In this document: positions 10,110 to 20,337 of the stretch, one piece after another | Layout of the letters: every line of letters starts with the position of its first letter | How positions within the stretch are numbered: position 1 is the first letter of the stretch | Made by a program: the position numbers and the translations under genes | From: Candidatus Omnitrophota bacterium | GTDB lineage: Bacteria; Omnitrophota; Gorgyraeia; Zapsychrales; Zapsychraceae | Reading direction: 5' to 3' | Length of the DNA stretch: 64,000 nucleotides | Assembly: GCA_050250375.1 (NCBI GenBank) | Contig: JBFWOS010000002.1 | Coordinates: 645,149-709,148 of the forward strand | The notes under the pieces: generated by a model | Database searches by the model: none | What the model was told of the DNA's origin: nothing | What the model saw: only the letters and a program-made list of their open reading frames with translations

Positions 10110-10559
10110 ATGAAATTTAATCTCTCGTCAACTCCTCTGGAACATCTTAATTTAAAACAGGATCTGGCCACGGATTCTTCCGGGGCCCTTTGCTGTTTTG
10201 AAGGAATTGTCCGCGACCGCAATGATGGCCGCCGGGTGACGGCGCTCGAATATGAGGCGTATCCTGAGCTTTGTGAAAAAGAAATGCAGAAAGTTTTTCA
10301 GGAAGTTAACCAAAAATTTAAAGTAATCCGGGTCAATTGTTTTCACCGCACCGGCCGGCTTAAGGTCGGCAAGATGGCGGTTTGGGTCGGCGTGACCTCG
10401 GCCCATCGGGATGACGCTTTTAAGGCCTGCCGGTTTGTTATTGACCAATTGAAAGAGCGCCTTCCTATTTGGAAAAAGGAATATTACGTGGAAGGTGATT
10501 CCGGCTGGATCAACACTCAGAAAAATGAATTCCCGCAGGGTTCGGTGCTCAGTTCTTAA
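10110..10559 (+). CDS. moaE: Molybdopterin synthase catalytic subunit
   Basis: MoaE blocks FEGIVRD, LEYEAY and PIWKKE. Confidence 0.8.
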   Translation: MKFNLSSTPLEHLNLKQDLATDSSGALCCFEGIVRDRNDGRRVTALEYEAYPELCEKEMQKVFQEVNQKFKVIRVNCFHRTGRLKVGKMAVWVGVTSAHRDDAFKACRFVIDQLKERLPIWKKEYYVEGDSGWINTQKNEFPQGSVLSS

Positions 10560-10573
10560 AATTAAAAAAAATT

Positions 10574-11530
10574 ATGTCATCCCCACTGCTCGACCATAAT
10601 ATAGATCTTTTATCCGACAACAGGCTCTCTTCTTACACTACCTTCAAACTGGGCGGTCCTGCCAAAGGGATTATTCATTGCCGGACAGCGCAAGAATTGG
10701 TGTATACAGTTCTTTTGTTAAATTTCCAGCGTGAACGGTTTATCCTGATCGGAGGCGGTTCCAACCTGGTGGTCAGTGATCAAGGCCTGGATTGTTATGT
10801 CATCCGTTACGTCAGTGAGGCCCCAATCATTCGTTTGCGCGGACAGGAACTTGTTGTCGGGGCCGGAACAGTCTTGGACCATTTAGCCGCTTATTCAGCG
10901 ACGAAGGGCCTTTCTGGTTTGAATTATACGAGTGGAATTCCAGGAACAGTCGGTGGTGCCATTGTCGGCAATGCCGGGGCGTTCGGCCGGCAGGTTGGTG
11001 ATGTTTTAGTCTCGGCCACGATCATGGATTTAAAAGGACAAAAACGGACAGTTAAGAACGCTGAACTCAAATTTCAATACCGTCATTCGGTCCTAAAAGA
11101 AACACAGGATATAGTTTTGGAAGCGGTGTTTCAGGTGCAGGGTGCGGATCCCCTTCTCTTATTAAAAGAACGGGAAGAAATTTTGACGATCCGGCATGAA
11201 AAACATCCGGATTTAACGAAAAATCCTTGTGCGGGCAGTTTTTTTCGGAATATTGAACCAACGTCCAAAGCGGAACACCGCCAGGCGGCTGGTTGGTTTT
11301 TAGACAAGGCCGGTGGTAAATCGCTCGTCTACGGCGGGGCCGCAATTTATCCCAAACACGCAAATATTATCATCAAAAATCAGGACTGCTGCGCCCAGGA
11401 TGTCTTTGAATTATCCAAAATGATGGCTGGTCTGGCCAAGGTCCATTTTAACCTGGACCTTGAACGGGAAGTGCGTTTTGTCGGTCAATTTGAAGGAAAA
11501 CCGGCCCACATTTCTGACGTCATCTGGTAA
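10574..11530 (+). CDS. murB: UDP-N-acetylenolpyruvoylglucosamine reductase
   Basis: FAD-binding N-terminus (TTFKLGGPA, IGGGSNL) and C-terminal MurB domain. Confidence 0.85.
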   Translation: MSSPLLDHNIDLLSDNRLSSYTTFKLGGPAKGIIHCRTAQELVYTVLLLNFQRERFILIGGGSNLVVSDQGLDCYVIRYVSEAPIIRLRGQELVVGAGTVLDHLAAYSATKGLSGLNYTSGIPGTVGGAIVGNAGAFGRQVGDVLVSATIMDLKGQKRTVKNAELKFQYRHSVLKETQDIVLEAVFQVQGADPLLLLKEREEILTIRHEKHPDLTKNPCAGSFFRNIEPTSKAEHRQAAGWFLDKAGGKSLVYGGAAIYPKHANIIIKNQDCCAQDVFELSKMMAGLAKVHFNLDLEREVRFVGQFEGKPAHISDVIW

Positions 11531-11534
11531 CCGG

Positions 11535-12488
11535 TTATTTTACGTCCTTCATTTTGTTTTCGAGCATTTGTTTCTGCTGTTCGTAAAATTTATCTTGTTC
11601 CTTCTTAAATTCTGCGCGTTCTTTATTCATCATCTCCAGCATTTTCGCATCGAGTTCTTTCTTTTCCGCTTCAAACTGCTTGATGGAATTCTCATGATCC
11701 TTCTTCATCTGGGCTAATTCTTTTTCATGCTGTTTCATGATCGCCATGCGTTCATTTTCAACCCGTTCGTTTTCTTTGGCCAGGTCTTTGAGCGCCATTT
11801 CATTCTCTTTAATCAGCTTCTTTTTTTCGACTTCATATTCTTTATCCCAGGCCTTGCTGTCTTTATCCAGTTTTGCCCGCATTTCTTTTTCTTCTGCGGC
11901 GTATTTTTCTTTGACCAGCTTGTTTTCTTTTTCCATTCTTTGTTGTTCCGTTTCAAACTGTTCCCGGAGGACTTTCATTTCATTTTCAAGCTGGGCTTTC
12001 GCGGCGGTGTTGTCTTCTTTCAGCTTCATTTTTTCCGCTTCGATCATTTTTTTGCTTTGGGCCTTTTCTTCTTCGATCGCCTTGCGGGCCGCTTCGTTTT
12101 CTTTAGCCATTTTTTCTTTCTTGGCGGCAAATTCTTTGGAGATCATTTGCTGTTCTTCCATGAGTTTGTCTTTGGCGGCTTTGTTGATTTCCTGCTGCGC
12201 GCGGATCTTGCTGATCAGGTTTTTTTGTTCATCCTTAAGGAGATTGTAATCTCCCTGCAATTTTTCGTTTTCTACATAAAGCCTTTTGTTTTTTTCCCGG
12301 ATGCTGTTGTTGTCTGAGGCCTGAGATTCATTGTCTTCGGCCATGGTATCTTGCTGCATCGAATATATATTTTTGTACGATTTCAATTGTTGCTGATAAA
12401 GAGAATCGTCACCGGCAAGCGATACAGAGGTAAATGTTAAGCCCAACAGCGTTACACCCAATAAAATGTTCAATGTCTTTAAATTCAT
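11535..12488 (-). CDS. Secreted K/E-rich coiled-coil protein
   Basis: Signal peptide MNLKTLNILLGVTLLGLTFTSVSLA followed by about 280 aa of low-complexity charged heptad-like sequence (EKE, KEN, AEK repeats). Confidence 0.5.
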   Translation of the reverse strand: MNLKTLNILLGVTLLGLTFTSVSLAGDDSLYQQQLKSYKNIYSMQQDTMAEDNESQASDNNSIREKNKRLYVENEKLQGDYNLLKDEQKNLISKIRAQQEINKAAKDKLMEEQQMISKEFAAKKEKMAKENEAARKAIEEEKAQSKKMIEAEKMKLKEDNTAAKAQLENEMKVLREQFETEQQRMEKENKLVKEKYAAEEKEMRAKLDKDSKAWDKEYEVEKKKLIKENEMALKDLAKENERVENERMAIMKQHEKELAQMKKDHENSIKQFEAEKKELDAKMLEMMNKERAEFKKEQDKFYEQQKQMLENKMKDVK

Positions 12489-12624
12489 GATATCTTCCTT
12501 TCCTCCAGAGAAATTAATATATGCACAAATATACCATATAATTCCCCATATACAAAATTTTTTAATACCACTAAGATTATTATTGCCAAATACTTATAAT
12601 ATACATATTTTGATATATATTATA

Positions 12625-13644
12625 CTATCCTCCGATTTGGAACATTTCGATCCTGGTTGTATGTTCCGGTTTGGCCGGTTGGGCGGCTCTGAGATTGGAA
12701 TATTGGTCTTTTCGTGTCCTCCAGACCGTGCGGATAAATTGTGTTAGGGTTTCGGTATCAGCGCCTTTTTGCAAAATCTCTTTGATATTCGGGCCGGTCT
12801 CGGCAAATAAACAGGTCACCAGCCGTCCGTCCGTTGTCAGCCGGATCCGGGTACAGGATTGGCAAAACGGCTGGGTCACCGACGAAATAAACCCGATTTC
12901 TCCCATTCCGTCTTTGAACCGGTACCGGTTGGCCACTTCACCATAATACTGACTTTCAGCCGGTTCAATCGGAAATTTCTGATTGATCCTCTGGACGATT
13001 TCTTTGGAAGGGACTACATATTTTCTTTCCCAATGATTACAGGTGCCCACATCCATATATTCGATAAAACGGACGATATGGCCGGTGCCGCGAAAGTAAT
13101 CAACCATGTCCAGGATTTGATGGTCGTTGACCCCTTTCTGCACGACCACATTGATTTTAATCGATTCAAATCCGGCTTTTTCAGCCGCTTTAAGTCCCAG
13201 AAGGACTTTTTGAATGGGGCTGTCCGTGCCGTTCATGACTTTAAAAACGCGGGAATCCAAAGTATCCAGGCTGACGGTCAGACGGCTTAAGCCGGCTTGT
13301 TTTAAAGGTTCAGCATATTCGCTCAATTTGGACCCGTTGGTGGTCAGAGCCAGGTCTTCGATTCCGGGCAGCCCGGAGAGTTTCTCAACCAGTTCCGTGA
13401 TCTTCGGGCGCAGCAGCGGCTCACCCCCGGTCAGCCGTATTTTCCGGACACCGCACTGGACGAACGCATCCGCGATCCTGTAAATATCGTCAAAACTCAA
13501 CCATTGTTCTTGGGCCAGAAATTGGTACGGGCCGTGGTCTTCTTCTTTCGGCATACAATAAGTGCAGCGGAAATTGCAGCGGTCGATGACCGAAATGCGC
13601 AGGTCATGTAATGGGCGGTTGAGCAGGTCGGTTGGTTTTTCCAT
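12625..13644 (-). CDS. moaA: GTP 3',8-cyclase, radical SAM
   Basis: CNFRCTYCMP radical-SAM cysteine motif plus the C-terminal MoaA cysteine triad (CQSCTRIRLTTDG). Confidence 0.9.
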   Translation of the reverse strand: MEKPTDLLNRPLHDLRISVIDRCNFRCTYCMPKEEDHGPYQFLAQEQWLSFDDIYRIADAFVQCGVRKIRLTGGEPLLRPKITELVEKLSGLPGIEDLALTTNGSKLSEYAEPLKQAGLSRLTVSLDTLDSRVFKVMNGTDSPIQKVLLGLKAAEKAGFESIKINVVVQKGVNDHQILDMVDYFRGTGHIVRFIEYMDVGTCNHWERKYVVPSKEIVQRINQKFPIEPAESQYYGEVANRYRFKDGMGEIGFISSVTQPFCQSCTRIRLTTDGRLVTCLFAETGPNIKEILQKGADTETLTQFIRTVWRTRKDQYSNLRAAQPAKPEHTTRIEMFQIGG

Positions 13645-13647
13645 CTC

Positions 13648-14103
13648 TTATTCCGTTGAAACGGTTGATTGATTGTTTAAAGCGGCCTTGAGTGTGTACC
13701 AGCCGAGGTTGGCGCATTTAATCCGGCCCGGATAATCCCAGATTCCTTTAAAGACGGTGATTTCCCCCAGGCAGTTCTGTTCCCGGTCGGGATCCAGCGT
13801 TTTATTGATCAAGCGTATAAATTCTTCAAAGATATTTTGAAACTCCTGAATACCAGCATTCATCAGCCGTCCGGTCATCAGGGACGCGGAACTTTTGCAG
13901 ACCGCGCAGCAATCACCCGTAAAGGAAAGCCCCCGGAACTGCTCATCCTGGGCATACACATAAACCGTGATTTCATCCCCGCACACGGGGTTATAACCGA
14001 CGGCTGAATGTGTATATTTTTTTAATTTAAGGAAATTCTGCGGACGCTGGCTGTGTTTGACCACGGTTTTCTGATAAAAAGAATTGGATAATTTCTGGTC
14101 CAT
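13648..14103 (-). CDS. sufU: SufU/IscU-like Fe-S assembly sulfur-transfer protein
   Basis: NPVCGDE and CAVCKSSASL cysteine blocks. Lies immediately downstream of sufS. Confidence 0.75.
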   Translation of the reverse strand: MDQKLSNSFYQKTVVKHSQRPQNFLKLKKYTHSAVGYNPVCGDEITVYVYAQDEQFRGLSFTGDCCAVCKSSASLMTGRLMNAGIQEFQNIFEEFIRLINKTLDPDREQNCLGEITVFKGIWDYPGRIKCANLGWYTLKAALNNQSTVSTE

Positions 14104-14108
14104 GGGCG

Positions 14109-15344
14109 TTATTGAAACACCTCAATGGCCTTTTTCACCGCGTTGATGAATTGGTCAATTTCCGTTCGTGTATTATAAATGGAAAAGGACGCCCGGGATG
14201 TGGCGCTGATCCCGAAATGTTTCATCACCGGCTGGGTGCAGTGGTGTCCGGTCCGGATGGCCACCCCTTCCTCATCAACCAGAGTGCCCATGTCATGCGG
14301 GTGGACATCAGGGTGAATAAAAGACAGTACTGAAGTTTTGGATTTGGCCGTTCCGATGACCCGGATCCCGGGTAATTCGGTTATACGTTTGGTCGCGTAC
14401 TCAAGCAGGTCCTTGCGGTGGTTCCGGCTTTTTTCCAGATCAATCGAATTCACATAATCAATCGCCGCGCCCAGTCCGATCACATCCGCGATGTTTGGAG
14501 TTCCGGCCTCAAATTTATACGGCAGTTTGTTATAAATTGTTTTTTCAAACGTAACGGAAGAAATCATATCGCCCCCGCCTTTATACGGCGGCATCTTGTT
14601 TAATAATTTAGATTTTCCGTAAAGGATTCCGACACCGGTCGGACCGAAAAGTTTGTGGGATGAAAAAACCAGAAAATCACAATCCAGCGCCTGCACATCA
14701 ATGGAGGTATAACTCACCGCCTGCGCGGCGTCCAAAAGGACCGGGACATGAAACCGGTGGGCTTCCTGGATAATTTCTTTGACCGGGTTGATGGTGCCTA
14801 ACGAATTCGAAATATAAACCACGGAAACGAGTTTGGTCTTTTCGTTCAGGAGCCGTTTAAAGGCGGCCATATCCAGTTCACCCTTCTCATCAAACGGCAC
14901 AATTTTCAGGATACATTTTTTTTCTTCCGCCAGCATCTGCCAGGGGACAATATTGGAATGGTGTTCCATCTCGGTGATCAGGATTTCGTCCCCGGCCTCG
15001 ATAAAGGCCCGGCCGTACGTCTGGGCGACCAGGTTAATGCCGTCGGTCGTTCCTCCGGTAATGATGATTTCATCCGGACTGCCGGCGTTCAAAAAGTGTT
15101 TGATTTTTTCACGGCTTCCTTCATAGGCCGACGTGGCCTTTTCGCTCAGGGTGTGCACGCCGCGGTGGACATTTGATGTCTCCTGCGTGTAATGGTGCAG
15201 CAGGGTATCGATGACGCAGCGGGGCTTAAAGGTCGTCGCCGCGTTATCCAGATAGACCAGCGGCTTACCGTGCACTTTAACCGACAGATTTGGAAATTCC
15301 TGCCGGATGGCTTCGACATTAAATTCGGTTGGTTGATTTTTCAT
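14109..15344 (-). CDS. sufS: Cysteine desulfurase SufS (PLP)
   Basis: Class V aminotransferase fold: SSHKLFGPTGVGILYG lysine region and C-terminal RTGHHCTQP. Confidence 0.9.
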   Translation of the reverse strand: MKNQPTEFNVEAIRQEFPNLSVKVHGKPLVYLDNAATTFKPRCVIDTLLHHYTQETSNVHRGVHTLSEKATSAYEGSREKIKHFLNAGSPDEIIITGGTTDGINLVAQTYGRAFIEAGDEILITEMEHHSNIVPWQMLAEEKKCILKIVPFDEKGELDMAAFKRLLNEKTKLVSVVYISNSLGTINPVKEIIQEAHRFHVPVLLDAAQAVSYTSIDVQALDCDFLVFSSHKLFGPTGVGILYGKSKLLNKMPPYKGGGDMISSVTFEKTIYNKLPYKFEAGTPNIADVIGLGAAIDYVNSIDLEKSRNHRKDLLEYATKRITELPGIRVIGTAKSKTSVLSFIHPDVHPHDMGTLVDEEGVAIRTGHHCTQPVMKHFGISATSRASFSIYNTRTEIDQFINAVKKAIEVFQ

Positions 15345-16663
15345 TACAGTTGGGCAAACGACGGTTCCAGCAGGGTAAGCAGTTTGCGTTTGATTTCCTG
15401 ATTTTTAACCGTGTTGAGAAGGTCGTCCACAAATCCTTTTACGAGCATCTTCTTGCTTTCCGCCTGTCCGATGCAGCGGGTCTGCAGATAAAACATCTCA
15501 TCCGCATCAAGCTGGCCGATCGTCGCGCCGTGAGTGCAGCGCACATCATCGGCAAAAATCTCGAGTTGCGGTTTGGTATCGACCCGGCATTTGTCACCGA
15601 GCAGCAGGTTTTTGTTTAACTGGTACGAATTGGTCTTCTGGGCAATCGGTTTGACAAAGATCTTGCCGTTAAAGACCGCCCGCGAAGACTGGTTCAAGAC
15701 CCCTTTGTACAGCTGGTTGCTGACGCAATTGGGAAACCGGTGATCCACCGCCGTGTGATTGTCAACATGCTGATGGCCGTAAAGGCAATAAAGTCCGTTT
15801 AACGTTGAGTTGATCCCTTCTCCGTTTAAGACGATATCCAGGTTATTGCGGTTGATCGCGCTTCCGGTCATGACGCAGATGCTGTCGAGATTTGAATTTT
15901 GCTCCTGCCAGACCCGTGTGCTGTTGATGTGATAAGCCTTTAAGCTTTCATGCTGGGCCTTGCTGTAATGCAAGGTCGCATTTTCAGCCAGGTGAATATC
16001 GGTCAACGCGTTCGTAAAATAAATGATCTCCTGGTTGAAGGCAATATGGCTTTCCAGCACCGTCGATTCGGACGATTTTCCTGCCAGGATAATCGTGCGC
16101 GGGAATGACAAGGCCTCGCCGTTGGACGAACTGGTGACATGGACCACATGGACATATTCCGGGACAATGCAATTCGGGGCGATCTCGATGAAAACCCCGT
16201 TGTCGGTCAAGGCGGTATTCAGAGCCACAAACGGAGCGGATTGGTTCGCCGAGTATTTTGATAATAACGTTTTAATTTTTTCGCCATGAGTTTTCAATGC
16301 GGCCGCCAGGGGCAGAACAGTCACCCCTTTGGGCAGACGGTCCAGCTTTGAATGCTGTTCACTGAAATGACCGTTGACATAAGTAATCTGGAGCGGATGG
16401 CCGGCACAGTACTGATCAAAGGCGGTTTGTTCCTTTAACTGGGCGTTGCCGTTGACATTATATTTTTGGTTGATGACCGTCGAAAGGTTGGTGTATTTCC
16501 ATTCCTCATCTTTTACGGTCGGAACACCGGTCTTTTCAAATCGGGTCAGGCTGTTTAACTTTAGTTCTTTTAACCAGCTGACCGGTTCCTGCTCAATCCT
16601 CTCATCCGTCAATTGTTTGAAGTTCTGGATAAAGGATGTCGTTTGTATGGATTTTTCACTCAT
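15344..16663 (-). CDS. sufD: Fe-S cluster assembly protein SufD
   Basis: 439 aa sitting between sufC and sufS with a SufB/D-family beta-helix C-terminal region. Its start overlaps the sufS stop. Confidence 0.8.
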   Translation of the reverse strand: MSEKSIQTTSFIQNFKQLTDERIEQEPVSWLKELKLNSLTRFEKTGVPTVKDEEWKYTNLSTVINQKYNVNGNAQLKEQTAFDQYCAGHPLQITYVNGHFSEQHSKLDRLPKGVTVLPLAAALKTHGEKIKTLLSKYSANQSAPFVALNTALTDNGVFIEIAPNCIVPEYVHVVHVTSSSNGEALSFPRTIILAGKSSESTVLESHIAFNQEIIYFTNALTDIHLAENATLHYSKAQHESLKAYHINSTRVWQEQNSNLDSICVMTGSAINRNNLDIVLNGEGINSTLNGLYCLYGHQHVDNHTAVDHRFPNCVSNQLYKGVLNQSSRAVFNGKIFVKPIAQKTNSYQLNKNLLLGDKCRVDTKPQLEIFADDVRCTHGATIGQLDADEMFYLQTRCIGQAESKKMLVKGFVDDLLNTVKNQEIKRKLLTLLEPSFAQL

Positions 16664-16683
16664 TATGTATTCTTCCTTAAATG

Positions 16684-17442
16684 TTAATTGATTAGCCAGT
16701 CGTATCCCTTTTCTTCAACGGCAAGGGCCAATTCTTTTCCTTCGGATTTAATGATTTTTCCATCGACCAGGATGTGGACAAAATCCGGGACGATATAATT
16801 CAGCAAACGCTGGTAATGGGTGATGATCAGGCTGGCATTGTCTTTACGTTTCAGTTTGTTGACCCCGTTGGCCACGATTTTCATGGAATCGATATCGAGC
16901 CCGGAATCGGTCTCATCCAGGACCGAGAAACGCGGGTTCAGGATGGCCATCTGGAGAATCTCGTTGCGCTTTTTTTCACCGCCGGAAAAATCCACATTCA
17001 GCGGGCGCTGGGTAAACTTGTCATCCATCTCGAGCATCTTAAGTTTTGTCTGCATATAGTCGTTAAACGCGACCGGGTCCATTTCTTCGGCGCCCTGATG
17101 GCGGCAGATTTCATTAAAGGCCGCCCGTAAAAATACGCTGGTGTTGACCCCCGGGATTTCGACCGGATACTGAAACGCGAGGAAAATCCCTTCCCTCGCA
17201 CGTTTTTCAGGATCCAGTTCCAGGATGTTGATTTTTTTGAAGTTGACTTCGTAAATGATTTCACCTTCAGTCACTTCATACTGCGGATGCCCGGCGATGA
17301 TCTTGGCCAGTGTGCTTTTGCCGGAACCGTTCGGTCCCATGATCGCATGGACTTCTCCTGGGTTAATCTTTAAATTAATCCCTTTCAGGATTTCTGTATC
17401 GTTATCTTCAACTTTTACGTGTAAATTTTTAATTTCAATCAT
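16684..17442 (-). CDS. sufC: Fe-S cluster assembly ATPase SufC
   Basis: Walker A GPNGSGKST, ABC signature FSGGEKKR and Walker B SVLDETDSGLD. Confidence 0.9.
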   Translation of the reverse strand: MIEIKNLHVKVEDNDTEILKGINLKINPGEVHAIMGPNGSGKSTLAKIIAGHPQYEVTEGEIIYEVNFKKINILELDPEKRAREGIFLAFQYPVEIPGVNTSVFLRAAFNEICRHQGAEEMDPVAFNDYMQTKLKMLEMDDKFTQRPLNVDFSGGEKKRNEILQMAILNPRFSVLDETDSGLDIDSMKIVANGVNKLKRKDNASLIITHYQRLLNYIVPDFVHILVDGKIIKSEGKELALAVEEKGYDWLIN

Positions 17443-17522
17443 TACGTTTTGTCCTCGCTTATCTGTACAATGTCACAGGTGACTTATGTCGTGTGACGTA
17501 TTTTTGGTTCATTGTTTGGTTC

Positions 17523-19013
17523 TTATCCTACGGATCCTTCCAGTTTCATTTCCAGCAATTTGACGGCTTCAACGGCAAATTCCAGAGGCAGTTCCTTGAA
17601 GACCTCCTTGCAGAATCCGTTAATGATCAGGGAGATCGATGCCTCAAGATCAAGCCCGCGGCTGGTCAGATAAAACAATTGTTCCGCGTTGATTTTCGAT
17701 GTGGAAGCTTCGTGTTCCATCGTCGCGGAATTATTGTTGATTTCAATATATGGAAACGTGTTGGCGGAACATTTATTGCCGACCAGCATGGAATCGCACT
17801 GGGAATAATTCCGGGCATTGTCCGCGGAGGGCTGAACTTTCACCAGCCCCCGGTACGTATTGTTGGATTCATCGGTGGAGATCCCTTTGGAAACAATCGT
17901 GCTCGTTGTGTTTTTTCCGATGTGGATCATTTTTGTCCCTGTGTCGGCCTGCATGCGGTGATTGGTCAGCGCGACTGAATAAAATTCGCCGACCGAATCG
18001 TCCCCCTGCAGGATGACGCTGGGGTATTTCCAGGTGATGGCCGATCCGGCCTCAACCTGGGTCCAGGAGATCTTGGAGCGTTTCCCTGCGCATTTGCCGC
18101 GCTTGGTCACGAAATTGTAGACCCCGCCCTTGCCTTCCTTATCGCCGGAATACCAGTTCTGGACCGTCGAATATTTAATCTCGGCCTTGTCCAGCGCGAT
18201 CAGTTCAACGACGGCCGCGTGCAGTTGGTTTTCATCCCGGGATGGTGCCGTGCAGCCTTCCAGATAACTGACGTAACTGCTGTCCTCGGCGATAATCAGC
18301 GTGCGTTCAAATTGGCCTGTCCCGGCCGAATTGATCCGGAAATAGGTCGAAAGTTCCAGCGGGCAGCGTACGCCTTTCGGGATAAAACAGAATGAACCGT
18401 CGCTGAAAACAGCGGAATTCAGGGCAGCGAAAAAGTTATCGCTGTAAGGAACAACGGAGCCGAGATATTTTTTGACCAGGTCCGGATGGTTCGCGATGGC
18501 CTCGGTGATGGAACAGAAAATGACCCCGACCTTTTCCAGTTCGGACTGATGGGTTGTCCCCACCGAGACGCTGTCAAAGACGGCATCAACTGCAACCCCG
18601 CTCAGCCGTTTCTGTTCACTCAACGGGATACCGAGTTTTTCAAAGGTCTTTAATAATTCCGGATCAACGTCTTTTAAATCTTTCACCCCTTCTTTGACAT
18701 TTTTGGGGGCGGTATAATAACTCAGCGCCTGGTAATCGATCGGCCCATAGGTAAAATTCGGCCAGTGCGGTTCTTTCAAGGTACACCAGTGGCGGTAGGC
18801 CTTCAGCCGCCATTCACGCATCCAGTCGGGTTCTTTTTTCTTGTCAGAAATCAGGTTGATGACGCCTTCGTTCAGGCCGGCCGGGATGCGGTCGGTCTCG
18901 ATGTCGGTAAAAAAACCGTATTTATAATCGCGCGACGACAAGGCGTTTTGTTCGATGGTTTTTTCATTGAGCAATTTTTCTTCAACAGCTTTATTCATGG
19001 GATTGTCCTTCAC
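17523..19013 (-). CDS. sufB: Fe-S cluster assembly scaffold SufB
   Basis: 496 aa SufB family. High-confidence call from overall length and position as the first suf gene. Confidence 0.88.
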   Translation of the reverse strand: MKDNPMNKAVEEKLLNEKTIEQNALSSRDYKYGFFTDIETDRIPAGLNEGVINLISDKKKEPDWMREWRLKAYRHWCTLKEPHWPNFTYGPIDYQALSYYTAPKNVKEGVKDLKDVDPELLKTFEKLGIPLSEQKRLSGVAVDAVFDSVSVGTTHQSELEKVGVIFCSITEAIANHPDLVKKYLGSVVPYSDNFFAALNSAVFSDGSFCFIPKGVRCPLELSTYFRINSAGTGQFERTLIIAEDSSYVSYLEGCTAPSRDENQLHAAVVELIALDKAEIKYSTVQNWYSGDKEGKGGVYNFVTKRGKCAGKRSKISWTQVEAGSAITWKYPSVILQGDDSVGEFYSVALTNHRMQADTGTKMIHIGKNTTSTIVSKGISTDESNNTYRGLVKVQPSADNARNYSQCDSMLVGNKCSANTFPYIEINNNSATMEHEASTSKINAEQLFYLTSRGLDLEASISLIINGFCKEVFKELPLEFAVEAVKLLEMKLEGSVG

Positions 19014-19014
19014 G

Positions 19015-19482
19015 TTAGGAGTTGGCTCCTTCTAATGACTGTTTTTTGGACCGGATATTTTTTTCTTTGGAATGTTTGGATTCCAGGAGTTCTCCGATCG
19101 AGATGGAACTGAACAGTTTATTGATATTTTCATTTAACGACAGCATCGGGGAAATAATATGGCACGTGTGGTTGATCTCACAGCAGGAATATTCCCCGTG
19201 AAAACAATTGGCTATTTCAATCGGGCCGACGATCATCAGCGACAGGTCGCACAGTGATAATTTCGTCAGGTCGCGGATAATCTGGTAACCGCCTTTCGCG
19301 CCCTGTTCGGCCTGCAGGATTTCCTGCTGGGTCATGATCTGCAGGACCCGGGACGTCGGGTCAAACGGCGTTTTGTAAATATCACAGATCTCTTTGGCCG
19401 AAGTCAATTGACCAGGACTTTTGTGGCTCATGTGTTTGAGCGCGATGAGCGCGTATTCGATTTTGCGATTAATTTTAAACAT
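19015..19482 (-). CDS. Rrf2-family transcriptional regulator (IscR/SufR-like), probably Fe-S sensing
   Basis: N-terminal wHTH ([10 protein letters not shown]...) and a Cys cluster [15 protein letters not shown]. It heads the suf operon. Confidence 0.8.
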   Translation of the reverse strand: MFKINRKIEYALIALKHMSHKSPGQLTSAKEICDIYKTPFDPTSRVLQIMTQQEILQAEQGAKGGYQIIRDLTKLSLCDLSLMIVGPIEIANCFHGEYSCCEINHTCHIISPMLSLNENINKLFSSISIGELLESKHSKEKNIRSKKQSLEGANS

Positions 19483-19486
19483 AATT

Positions 19487-19518
19487 AAGTGAGAAGTGAT
19501 AAGGGATAAGTGATAAGG
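19487..19518. repeat. Left inverted-repeat arm of four-helix-bundle cassette 1
   Basis: aagtgagaagtgataagggataagtgataagg matches the reverse complement of 19929-19960 at 27 of 32 positions. Confidence 0.7.
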
Positions 19519-19528
19519 TTTTGAATGA

Positions 19529-19882
19529 TTATTTGAGTTTCATTCTCAAACCATTGATCATTTTTCCGACTTCTTCCGCATCTTGGATTAATTTTTCAAA
19601 TTCCTGTTTAGTGCAATATTCTAAATCACAACTTAAAATTAGATGGTACTTTGTTTCCTGCAATGAACCTTGGGCAATCATGAGAAACCGTGAAAATTCT
19701 TTGGTCTGTTTCCGATGGCCCTCGGCAATATTGGCGCAAATTGAAACGGATGACCGGCGTATTTGACTGATTAAACCAAACAATTCATCTTTCGGAAATT
19801 TCTTGGTTAATTTGTAAATGTTTAGCGTCAATTTGTGCGCTTTTTGCCAAACAAATAAATCCTGAAAATTTATTATACTCAT
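19529..19882 (-). CDS. Four-helix-bundle protein (23S rRNA intervening-sequence protein / Avd family)
   Basis: 117 aa. The SVSICANIAEG...GSLQETKYHLIL pattern is characteristic of the TIGR02436 family. Confidence 0.8.
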   Translation of the reverse strand: MSIINFQDLFVWQKAHKLTLNIYKLTKKFPKDELFGLISQIRRSSVSICANIAEGHRKQTKEFSRFLMIAQGSLQETKYHLILSCDLEYCTKQEFEKLIQDAEEVGKMINGLRMKLK

Positions 19883-19928
19883 AACATCCCCTTTCGCTAT
19901 TTTTTTCGGGGGATGAAACTATTTTTTT

Positions 19929-19960
19929 ACTTATCCCTTATCCCTTCTCACTTATCCCTT
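19929..19960. repeat. Right inverted-repeat arm of four-helix-bundle cassette 1
   Basis: acttatcccttatcccttctcacttatccctt. See the left arm at 19487-19518. Confidence 0.7.
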
Positions 19961-20337
19961 TTCAGATCTACCTGAAGCGTATTAATTTTCGCCGCCAGGA
20001 TAAAATCGTTTTCTGACAATCCGCCGATTTTATGTGTGCTTAATTCCACCCTCAGGTTGCGGTAGCCGGTCAGATGGACATCCGGATGGTGATTGTCCTT
20101 TTCAGCCAAATCAGCAATGGCCTGGATGAATTGAACCGCCGCGATAAAATTCTTCATGACGAACAGGCGGAAGATCCCGTTTCCCGTATCCGTCATCTGC
20201 CAGCCCGGTATGGCCGTTAATTGGACGGCTGCCTCACTCTTATTCATCGGGGGAAGTCCGCCTTCACAGGGCTTGCACTTTTTTTGGGTTAAAGGAATAT
20301 CCGTCATGATCGGATTAATACATTTCCGCCAGTTCAA
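19948..20337 (-). CDS. Pterin-4a-carbinolamine dehydratase; start may be the internal M at 20307
   Basis: AEKDNHHPDVHLTGYRNLRVELSTH is the PCD signature ([EQ]-x-x-x-H-H-P). Confidence 0.8.
   Translation of the reverse strand: MNWRKCINPIMTDIPLTQKKCKPCEGGLPPMNKSEAAVQLTAIPGWQMTDTGNGIFRLFVMKNFIAAVQFIQAIADLAEKDNHHPDVHLTGYRNLRVELSTHKIGGLSENDFILAAKINTLQVDLKRDK

Noticed and set aside
11727-12317. Phe/Leu-rich plus-strand ORFs of 196 and 170 aa
   Set aside because: Antisense to the K/E-rich coiled-coil gene. AAG/GAA-rich coding sequence gives TTC/CTT-rich open frames on the opposite strand.
14112-19112. Numerous 60-160 aa ORFs on both strands within sufB, sufC, sufD and sufS
   Set aside because: They sit inside strongly supported suf genes, in GC-skewed coding sequence that keeps alternative frames open.
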